64,000 nt of DNA from Macrostomum lignano (lineage: Eukaryota): positions 186,001 to 250,000 of the forward strand of contig NIVC01000340.1 of NCBI GenBank assembly GCA_002269645.1, read 5' to 3'. The translations under genes and the position numbers were made by a program. The notes under the pieces were generated by a model, which saw nothing but the letters and a program-made list of their open reading frames with translations, did no database searches and was not told the origin of the DNA. Positions 35,793 to 46,224 of the stretch are shown in pieces (the first letter of the stretch is position 1; every line of letters starts with the position of its first letter).

Positions 35793-36339
35793 ACTTGCTT
35801 ATGATCTCACTCATGAATCCCCCATGATCTCACTCACTCCAACTCGCGAACTCAATTACCCAGAAGTGATTAAGCTATACCTGTTTAATTTCCATTTATA
35901 CAATTCTGGAGTAGAGGACAGCCGCTCAACTGGCTGACTTCCAGCTTTTAAACCAATTTCCGGTCTCTTTGTGTGTGCAGTTCAGTGACTTAACACACTT
36001 TTTTATTAAGTTCTTCACTGCACTCTCCGTTGCTAAGGTCAAGGAGTCCCTACAAAAGTGCCTGAACACCGCACCACTTTTTACAAACGGGTAATTAAAC
36101 AAATTACTAAATGCAAAGTTCAGTTAGAGGCTGGGGATATCAGGAAAATTCCAATTCCTAGTCAAGGGGCTGGTTTCTGGTTCAAAGAGTTTCTTGTGTT
36201 TGTTTGTTGATATTGATGAAGCTTGACAGAAAACTCTACCGGATGCCGCTGCGTACACAGCTAATTGTATTTTGCAGAAAGTGCTTTATTCTGTTTGGTC
36301 CATGCCTGAGCACTGTTGACCTTGCTTTCTGACCGAAAT

Positions 36340-36885
36340 TTCTCTCTTATCATCTGCCCCTCATCTTATCATCTCCTCCTCTGTCTTATCATCTCCCCCT
36401 CTGTCTTATCATCTCCCCTGTCTTATCATCTCCCCTGTATTATCATCTCCCCTGTCTTATCATCTCCCCTGTCTTATCATCCCCCTCTGTCTTATCATCT
36501 CCCCTGTCTTATCATCTCCCCTGTCTTATCATCTCCCCTGTCTTATCATTTCCCCTGTCTTATCATTTCCCCTGTCTTATCACCTCCCCTGTCTTATCAT
36601 CTCCTCTGTCTTATCATTTCCCCTGTCTTATCATCTCCCCCTCTGTCTTATCATCTCCCCTGTCTTATCATCTCCTCCTCTGTCTTATCATCTCCCCTCT
36701 GTCTTATCATCTCCCCTCTGTCTTATCATCTCACCTGTCTTATCATCTCCCCTCTGTCTTATCATCTCTCCCCCTCTGTCTTATCATCTCCCCCTCTGTC
36801 TTATCATCTCCCCCTCTGTCTTATCATCTCCTCTGTCTTATCATCTCCCCCCTGTCCTATTATCTCCCCATCTGTCTTATCATTC
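36340..36885. repeat. 18-20-bp pyrimidine minisatellite (CTGTCTTATCATCTCCCC)
   Basis: Direct inspection. Confidence 0.9.
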
Positions 36886-37387
36886 CCCCTTTGCTCAATC
36901 ATTTATCTCCCTATGTCTTATCATCTAACCATCTGTCAATTAACACCCTCTCTCACAGAGCTACAGGACGTCATAGCGCAGAAATGTGGACTTAGAAAGG
37001 CCACTCACCTAACGAGATTGGAGCTTAGCTGCAGCAGTGATATCAGTTTAGTTTAAAGAAGACAGTTGGTCAGAAATATGTCAGTTAATTTAAGATCAAT
37101 ATTGATACGAACCGTAGTTGACTTCTTAAAGGTGTACGGGTCTCGCGGGGCAAGATTTACAATAAGCATACAAGCTTATAAGATCTGACAGAACAGTGGC
37201 TCAGTGGATTTGATCTGATTGGTTTTTGTGGGGCCAATGACAGGGCTTGGGTCTCTAACATGTGAGAGAACCAAGGAGTTCGATGGCCGATTGAAATGAA
37301 TTGGGAAGGTACAGAGACAGAAATAAAGACAGAGATGGACATATTAATACATAACTGTCAGTCAACAAGGATAGAAGAGGCAGAAAG

Positions 37388-37921
37388 ACACTCACGGATA
37401 GAGACACTCACGGATAGAGACACTCACGGATAGAGACACTCACGGATAGAGGCACTCACGGATAGGGACACTCACAGAGACACTCACGGATAGAGACACT
37501 CACGGATAGAGACACTCACGGATAGAGGCACTCACGGATAGGGACACTCACAGAGACACTCACGGATAGAGACACTCACGGATAGAGACACTCACGGATA
37601 GAGACACTCACGGATAGAGACACTCACGGATAGGGACTCACGGATAGGGACACTCACAGAGACACTCACGGATAGAGACACTCACGGATAGAGACACTCA
37701 CGGATAGAGACACTCACGGATAGAGACACTCACGGATAGAGACACTCACGGATAGAGACACTCACGGATAGAGACAATCACGGATAGAGACACTCACGGA
37801 TAGGGACACTCACGGATAGAGACAATCACGGATAGAGACACTCACGGATAGAGACAATCACGGATAGAGACAATCACGGATAGAGGCACTCACGGATAGG
37901 GACACTCACGGATAGAGACAA
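37388..37921. repeat. 16-bp minisatellite, same unit as 35125-35792
   Basis: GAGACACTCACGGATA units. Confidence 0.93.
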
Positions 37922-38148
37922 TCCAGAGCCCCAAGCTACACAGATAAAATGAGGCTGGGGGCATGGGGCTGCACACAGGCAGTTGCAGTGGCTTCTTCAC
38001 TCCAAATTGGCTGTGACTCGAATTCACCGGAAAGTGCCCTCTCCCAAGTGTCTGCCTGTTTGTTCTACCAGACTACGGTATGCCTGCTGCTTAAACACCT
38101 TCACTATTAGACTTCAGAAACATTGCCAACATCTTGTAGTTGGAATCT

Positions 38149-38152
<4 letters not shown>

Positions 38153-38224
<72 letters not shown>
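38153..38224. repeat. (GA)n microsatellite
   Basis: Direct inspection. Confidence 0.95.
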
Positions 38225-38226
<2 letters not shown>

Positions 38227-38569
38227 TTATTGGTCCTGTGCAACTGAAGAGAGAAAAATCTTGATTAATTGTCAGTTGCACAAACAGGTCCCCCCCCCCC
38301 AACCAAAAGCCATTCACGATGGTATGGGTGTGTTTTTTAGCGATTGATGATTCACTGACGATGGAAGTCTGCAAAGCAATCAAGCCGCGAGGGTAGTCAG
38401 CTGTAGGGACGCAATTGTGGCGAAAAGAATTTGAAGAGAAACTCTCGGGTAAAATAGTTTTGCCAGCGAGCCTCGTTAATTATGCATCTGTTTGGGTACT
38501 TAAAGGCCTTGAGCCGGGAGTTTTGGCGTCTGGTAGAGGTGGCAGTTGTAGTACTAATAGTTTCATATG

Positions 38570-39490
38570 TATACTAGACAGTAGACAGTAGACAGTAGAT
38601 AGTAGACAGTAGATACTGCATAGTAGATAGTAGACAGTAGATACTCGTAGAAGACAGTAGACAGTAGATAGAAGACAGTAGATAATAGAGGGTTGATAGT
38701 AGACAGTAGATACTGCATAGTAGAAAGTAGACAATCGATACTAAATAGTAGATAGAAGGCAGTAGATAGTAGACAGTAGATAGAAGACAGTAGATACTAG
38801 AAGGTTGATAGTAGACCGTAGATAGTAGACAGTAGATCCTACATAGTAGATAGAAGGCAGTAGATAGTAGACAGTAGACAGTAGACAGTAGATAGAAGAC
38901 AGTAGATACTGCATAGTAGATAGTAGACAGTAGATACTCGTAGAAGACAGTAGATAGTAGACAGTAGATACTCGTAGAAGACAGTAGACAGTAGATAGAA
39001 GACAGTAGATAATAGAGGGTTGATAGTAGACAGTAGATACTGCATAGTAGAAAGTAGACAATCGATACTAAATAGTAGATAGAAGGCAGTAGATAGTAGA
39101 CAGTAGATAGAAGACAGTAGATACTAGAAGGTTGATAGTAGACCGTAGATAGTAGACAGTAGATCCTACATAGTAGATAGAAGGCAGTAGATAGTAGACA
39201 GTAGACAGTAGACAGTAGATAGAAGACAGTAGATACTGCATAGTAGATAGTAGACAGTAGATACTCGTAGAAGACAGTAGATAGTAGACAGTAGATACTC
39301 GTAGAAGACAGTAGATAGTAGACAGTAGATAGTAGGCAATAGATAGTAGACAGTAGATGGAAGACAGTAGATACTAGAAGGTTGATAGTAGACCGTAGAT
39401 AGTAGACAGTAGATAGTAGACAGTAGACAGTAGATAGTAAATAGTGGATAGCAGCTAGTAGATGGTAGATAACAGATGGTAGATGATAAA
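38570..39490. repeat. 7-bp-based repeat (GTAGACA/GTAGATA) with ~327-bp higher-order duplication
   Basis: Unique marker ATCGATACTAAAT at 38734 and 39061. Confidence 0.88.
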
Positions 39491-39906
39491 TAATAGATTG
39501 TATGCTCGTAAACAGTAGATAGAGTTCGTGCATTGTAATCTATTTATATTTAGTAAAGGTTCTGGCTATCTCATTTGATGCAAGCAGTGCTAAAAAGCGA
39601 GCCACTTCAATAGACCGAAGCTGTGCAGTCCTGTGCTCACGCAGACAATGGCCTTATTATTCCACAAGTAGGCAAGAAGCACACAGAAGGAGTCGCAAAG
39701 AAAGAAGCAGAGATGAAAAGCAGGGGGGGGGGGAGACAAGCCAGCATGCACGGAGAGGACAATGGGCCGCCCGAGCCAACACGAGATGAGGCCCAGCATT
39801 ATTTTTAAGCTCGCTCGTGCCAGGCCCCGAGACGCCGAACGCGTGAATCTCACGGTGCAGCTGCTTGAACTTGGAGGGACATTTCACAACCCAGTCAAGA
39901 GAAATT

Positions 39907-42567
39907 ATGACTGATTCAAAGTTTCTTCTAGAAGCAGATAAGCTACTCGGCCAGCAATCGAAGCCGGAGGCGAGAGAAGCACTGCTGGCAGATCTGATTG
40001 CCGAGCTGAAGGATCGGGCCGGTTCGCGACGCCGTTCTGTGCCGGGCCTGAACAGGTGGAGTTTGCTCGTCTGCCTGACAGTTCTGGTGCACGCGTACTC
40101 GGTCAGCCGGGGTTACGTCATCACGCCGGGCCAGTGGCTGGCCAGCTGGAAACAGAAGCCCTGCGCCTACAAAGCTTGGATGTTACTGCTGGAGACCGCC
40201 AGGCATCCCAGCAACTGCGAGGCCACCTGCGGCGGCTTGAGCCACAACGGTCACGTGGACATTGAGTACTATCACAATCTCACAAAGGAGAGATTCGAGA
40301 AGGTCTACGTCAGACCCGCCAGGCCCGTGATCGTTCGGAATGCCACCCTGGACTGGCCGGCCATGGCCAGCTTCAACCTGAGCTTCTTCCGCGACCTCTA
40401 CGACAAGTACCCGAAGTCGTACGCGCCGCATCACTACAGGAACAAGCTGCTGCCATTCCGGTTGCCGATGAAGTACAAGAAGCTGCAGCAGGCGTTTCAC
40501 ATGTCCGAGGAGGACCAAGCTAAGCCGTGGTACTTCGGCTGGAGCAACGTGGATCTCAATGTGCATTTCGAGTTGCAGAACTACTACAAGGTGCCGCACT
40601 TTCTGCCTGAGGACACGGAGCACGGCCAGATGGAGTGGTTCTTCATGGGCACCTCGCAGGAGGCCGCCTACCTGCATGTAAGTGGCAAGATATTGGGAGA
40701 TGTCTTCATACATGGGATCTGCTTCCCTACTTTTCTTTTGCCTGTGTTAGTGTATCTTTTTGCAGCAATCTCTTCATCTCCCTCTATACTTTTCCAACTC
40801 TCCTTCCATCCCCTCCTTGACTGCCTCTCTACCCTATCTTCCTTCCCTGTACCCCTATCTTCCTTCCCCTCTACCCTCATCTCCTCTTCTTCTCTACCCC
40901 TATCTCCTCTTCCTCTCTACCCTTATCTCCTCTTCCTCTCTACCCTCATCTCCTCTCCCTCTCTACCCTCATCTCCTCTCCCTCTCTACCCTAATCTCAT
41001 CTCCCTCTCTACCCTCATCTCCTCTCCCTCTCTACCCTCATCTCCTCTCCCTCTCTACCCTCATCTCCTCTTCCTCTCTACCCCTATCTCCTCTTCCTCT
41101 CTACCCTCATCTCCTCTCCCTCTCTACCCTAATCTCCCCTCCCACTCTACCCCTATCTCCTCCTCCTCTCTACCTTCATCTACTTTCCCCTCTCTCTACC
41201 ACTCTTCTCGTATCTATCATTTTCTTTGTTCTCTCCTCGCCCCCCCCCTCAGAGCCAGAGGCCAGAGCTATATACCAGACAGTATAATCTAAGCTTAACA
41301 GATCCTTGAAGTTGTCAAGTAAGCCCTCTTGCTCCTTAACAAGCAGCCGGCGCAAGCCTATTGAACAGTCGATGCATAGAGCTACATGTAAATCCCTCCC
41401 TCTGTTCCAATATCCTTCCCTATGTAGAGTTTTGTACTTCTCCTTTCAGCACAGTAAAGTTGCAGTTCCCTCAGTTATCCAGGCATTCTAATATAGAGAA
41501 GCAGTCAAGCTTTAATCAGTGCTTCTTTATAGCTGCCGGTTTTTTCTCGAGAAGTAAATTTTAGTGGGGCCCGGCGGTGATCATTCATGGCTCTTCCGGA
41601 AATTGTGACACTGGATTTACAAGACTGGCAGTGGGGACTTTAATCGGCGATCCAAAGTTGCTGATTTATTGAGGATGCAGCGATAGGGAATTTAGCTGGA
41701 GTCAGTACTTTATAGAGGTGAATTGTAATGCGTTGCTGGCCCTACTGCTTTTGATTGATGCAGATTATCAAACTGAATTGTGAACGATGATTTTGGTCTG
41801 GCTTTTTGGCCGGTCTGAAAGAGCCTTAACGCTTTTGCACTGTTTGTGCCGCGGTTGCGCAGCCTACATGTACAATAACAATAATAAAAATAACTGATCA
41901 CACCTGCCCCAACTGGACCAGATGTGCAACCGACAGCTCAGCCGCAGCTATTGCGCGGCGCATCTGAAAGCTGCGTACGCTTGTTCAGTCCAAGGACTGG
42001 GCAGTCGCCACAATTACTCCAGTTAATGCTCAAGGACACAAATAGTTTAGTGGAATTGGGAATCGAACCCCTGACTTTCAAGTCCGAAGCTCTGACCACT
42101 GGCTACAACCCTCTAATGGAAATAATACGCAACACGTTTCCCGCAGGTCGATCACACAATCAAGCCAGCTTGGCAAGCCCAGATTCGGGGTCGCAAGGTG
42201 TGGGAGCTTCATCCGCCGGCTGAATGCTGGTTCCAGTGCCCCCTGTTCGGGCCCACCTGCAGGACGGAGATCTGTGTAAGTAGTGTGAAAGCTAATTACT
42301 GTCTATTTTTGAGGCTTAGTGTCTGATAAATGTGAAGAAAATGGGTCATGATATTAATTTGACCACATTGAGGAATCGAACCCAGGGATTCTCGTTCTAA
42401 GGCCGGACGCATTAACCGCTACGCCACTTTCACCCCTGATATCTGGCGTTAAAATTGCTGCTTTATACTGATTGTTTGCAGTTGTGATCGACCCGAGCGT
42501 CTGGTACCACGGCACATTCATCTATCCGGGAGAGTTGAGCATCACTTTTGGCATGGAGTTCGTCTGA
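39907..42567 (+). CDS. Membrane-anchored JmjC/cupin-8 2OG-Fe(II) oxygenase-like protein (3 exons)
   Basis: Exons 39907-40677, 42147-42273/42275, 42482-42567. N-terminal hydrophobic segment WSLLVCLTVLVHAYSV; RPVIVRNA..DWPA, PWYFGWSN, YY..PHFLP, WFFMG..AAYLH|VD (HxD), WQAQIRGRKVW, VIDPSVWYH (distal His), ELSITFG.EF*. Confidence 0.82.
40790..41200. repeat. CT-rich degenerate minisatellite in JmjC intron 1
   Basis: CTCTCTACCCTCATCTCCT units. Confidence 0.85.
41895..42112 (-). mobile_element. CORE-SINE family copy lacking most of the CORE
   Basis: Head (GTAGCCAGTGGTCAGAGC...GGTTCGATTCC) and 3' part (GTCCTTGGACTGAACA...GGCTGAGCTGTCGGTTGCAC) match 16383-16670; the central CORE is largely missing. 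Confidence 0.75.
42362..42434 (-). mobile_element. tRNA-like SINE head or tRNA pseudogene in JmjC intron 2
   Basis: A box TGGCGTAGCGG and B box GGTTCGATTCC; acceptor and anticodon stems do not pair. Confidence 0.5.
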
Positions 42568-42744
42568 AAGCTTCATCAATTCAGCTTTAACCTCAGATTT
42601 CTAGCGGCCAAAATATGAACTAGCTACATGTACATATACAACTGTTTCGTCTCTTGTCCAACACAAGTTATAAAGACACTCATCCTTAACCAATTTTTCT
42701 AACAATTCAAATATTTGTCGGATCAATCAGCAAATGCACAGTTT

Positions 42745-43560
42745 CCCTTTGAATAGTTTTCTACTCTACATATCGGGTAAACATTGTCAAAATAGTTATT
42801 TACTATACATATCGGCGAAAGATTGCCAAAATAGTTTTTTACTCTACATATCGGCTAAACATTGTCAAAATAGTTATTTGCTATACACATCGGCGAAAGA
42901 TTGCCAAAATAGTTTTTTACTCTACATATCGGCTAAACATTGTCAAAATAGTTATTTACTATACACATCGGCGAAAGATTGCCAAAATAGTTTTCTACTC
43001 TACATATCGGCTAAACATTGTCAAAATAGTTATTTACTATACACATCGGCGAAAGATTGCCAAAATAGTTTTCTACTCTACATATCGGCTAAACATTGTC
43101 AAAATAGTTATTTACTATACACATCGGCGAAAGATTGCCAAAATAGTTTTTTACTCTACATATCGGCTAAACATTGTCAAAATAGTTATTTACTATACAC
43201 ATCGGCGAAAGATTGCCAAAATAGTTTTCTACTCTACATATCGGCTAAACATTGTCAAAATAGTTATTTACTATACACATCGGCGAAAGATTGCCAAAAT
43301 AGTTTTCTACTCTACATATCGGCTAAACATTGTCAAAATAGTTATTTACTATACACATCGGCGAAAGATTGCCAAAATAGTTTTCTACTCTACATATCGG
43401 CTAAACATTGTCAAAATAGTTATTTACTATACACATCGGCGAAAGATTGCCAAAATAGTTTTCTACTCTACATATCGGCTAAACATTGTCAAAATAGTTA
43501 TTTACTATACATATCGGCGAAAGATTGCCAAAATAGTTTTCTACTCTACATATCGGCAAA
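42745..43560. repeat. 39-bp minisatellite organised as 78-bp dimers
   Basis: 26-aa periodic ORF (LLYISAKHCQNSY / LLYTSAKDCQNSF). Confidence 0.93.
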
Positions 43561-44064
43561 TGGCTAATGCTTGCTGAAATAATCCTGTCACAGATATGAA
43601 AATAACAATGAGTAATTACACAAACTTCATAATTTAAATTTAATAATTTTAACATAATTAAATATAGTAAATTATTAATCTTATCCAATCGATTTAATTG
43701 TTTATAAATCGCCCTAAAAGTACAATAATCTAGAATCAAATCGTGGAGCCAAACAGATATGCTCGCACTGTCTCAAACATAAACTGTCTCGTAAAAAAAG
43801 ACAACGGATGCAATAATTACATAATGTAAAATCCACTGATTACAGACTACCTGTACAAAATTTCTCTTGTTTGCGACTCTAGATTCGTTCAACACAGAGC
43901 ACAGGGCATACTTATGCATAATTAGTTTAATTACCGGCTAACACGCGAACGCCGGCTAATTATGCATCAATTTTCTGTTTGACATGCAGGTGCGGCCTAG
44001 AATTATGTAATTCCAGGTGATGCTGTCTGAACTAGAAACAGCGCCTTCTTAACACAGTTTGTGA

Positions 44065-44880
44065 TCTAGGGAATGCATAAGGCCGATTCTCAGTGAGATC
44101 TAGGGAATGCATAAGGCCGATTCTCAGTGAGATCTAGGGAATGCATAAGGCCGATTCCCAGTGAGATCTAGGGAATGCATAAGGCCGATTCTCAGTGAGA
44201 TCTAGGGAATGCATAAGGCTGATTCCCAGTGAGATCTAGGGAATGCATAAGGCCGATTCTCAGTGAGATCTAGGGAATGCATAAGGCCGATTCTCAGTGA
44301 GATCTAGGGAATGAATAGGGCCGATTCCCAGTGAGATCTAGGGAATGCATAAGGCCGATTCTCAGTGAGATCTAGGGAATGCATAAGGCCGATTCCCAGT
44401 GAGATCTAGGGAATGCATAAGGCCGATTCCCAGTGAGATCTAGGGAGTGCATAAGGCCGATTCTCAGTGAGATCTAGGGAATGCATAAGGCCGATTCTCA
44501 GTGAGATCTAGGGAATGCATAAGGCCGATTCTCAGTGAGATCTAGGGAATGCATAAGGCCGATTCTCAGTGAGATCTAGGGAATGCATAAGGCCGATTCT
44601 CAGTGATATTTAGGGAATGCATAAGGGAGACTCTCAGTGAGATCTAGGGAATGCATAAGGCCGATTCTCAGTGAGATCTAGGGAATGCATAAGGCCGATT
44701 CTCAGTGAGATTTAGGGAATGCATAAGGGAGACTCTCAGTGAGATCTAGGGAATGCATAAGGCCGATTCTCAGTGAGATTTAGGGAATGCATAAGGGAGA
44801 CTCTCAGTGAGATCTAGGGAATGCATAAGGCCGACTCTCAGTGAGATTTAGGGAATGCATAAGGGAGACTCTCAGTGAGA
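44065..44880. repeat. 34-bp minisatellite (GTGAGATCTAGGGAATGCATAAGGCCGATTCTCA)
   Basis: TAGGGAATG at 44101 and 44135. Confidence 0.93.
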
Positions 44881-45307
44881 GAGTCTCTTAGGGAGTGAAA
44901 ATAGAGCGATTCTATATTTCGAGATTTAGCTCTAAAACACTTCAACAGATACTGGAAACAGAGAATCACAATCGCGCTTGAAAGTACTGTATTTAATCCA
45001 CGGCGCTATTATCAAACCAAAAAATATTTGCGATGCTGAAATTTTATAAGTGAAAAAAAGAATTCATAGATTATGCGAATTTTGGTAGCAAAGTCAATAA
45101 AAACTTTCAAGCAAAAAGAAGAAATCAAACCAAACAAATAACTATATTTATACAGTGCAGAATTGGAGAATCTGCAGGTGATAAACAACAATTAGCAAAC
45201 ATTGCGCAGCTAATTGAAATCGGGCAAATTAAGCAAATTGATTTATGAATTACTGGAATCAAAGATCAAAGATACATATGAAAAAGCACCAGAAAAACTA
45301 TTTTTCA

Positions 45308-46224
45308 CCTACTGAAAGTAGAATCTAAGTAAAAAACGCGATATTCTCTATAATCAAGTTCAAACTACTCTACTAGCAGTAGAACTCTAAACATTTTACA
45401 GTCTAAATTTATTTAATTTAATAAAAATTCACCTGCTATACTAAGAGTAGTTAGTGAGCAAATCAGTGCAATTTTGTGATTAGATAATAAACAACTAACG
45501 CTGATCGGAGGCCAGACCCAGCGCCTGGCCAAAACACACTGGACAGGGCATTGCTTTCAATTGTTTACCATCGCGCCTAATTAATCTATCAACTAAGGCG
45601 CGCAGTTCGGCATCTGCGCCGGTCTCAGCTAAGCGCCGCAGCAGCGTTGGATAGCGCAATTGAAACAGGTCGCTCTCAGGGCACTGGCGACCGCAGCAAG
45701 CGAAGTGCCACAGACTGTCTGCGTACAGGCCTTCGGCTTGCTGACGCTCCTGTCTGGCTAAGAGCTCTGTCAGCGACATCCGCAGCTCCGGCCCGTCATC
45801 GGTGCCGCTTGACGAAGCCGAATTGCTTGAATTTTGAAACAGTTGTCGCAGCCACGCCAGACAGAAAGGGGCTGACAGGCGAGAGGAGTCCAGCCGGCCG
45901 GAGTGACAGCATCTGTGATGGCAGTTAAGCAGTTTGAAATTAAATAAAACGGCCCTTTTAAGGGCCTAAAACAAACTAGGGCATATTTTGCTGATTTTGA
46001 TGCTGTCAGTAAAAAAGTGATGCTGTAAATGAAAAAAAACTTTTACTTTTTAATTAACTAGTTAATTATTAAACTCACTAAACACTCTTAGCTTAGTGGG
46101 TGAATTTTTACAATCAAATTCAATTTGGACTGTAAAATGTTTTGGTGTTCTACTATGAGTAGAGTAGTTTGAATTTGATTGTAGAAAATATAGTCTTTTT
46201 TACTGAAATGCTACTGTTAGTAGG
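45308..46224. repeat. 151-bp inverted repeat pair (45308-45458 / 46074-46224) flanking the last coding exon
   Basis: The reverse complement of the right arm aligns collinearly with the left arm (roughly 75-80% identity by eye). Confidence 0.8.

Noticed and set aside
42228-42256. GGTTCCAGTGCCCCCTGTTCGGGCCCA resembling a tRNA-Lys 3' end / retroviral primer-binding site
   Set aside because: It lies inside JmjC exon 2 (WFQCPLFGP), and no LTR or other tRNA part is adjacent; coincidence.
42362-42434. Possible functional tRNA gene
   Set aside because: A/B boxes and a D-arm are present, but the acceptor, anticodon and T stems do not pair; treated as a SINE head or pseudogene.
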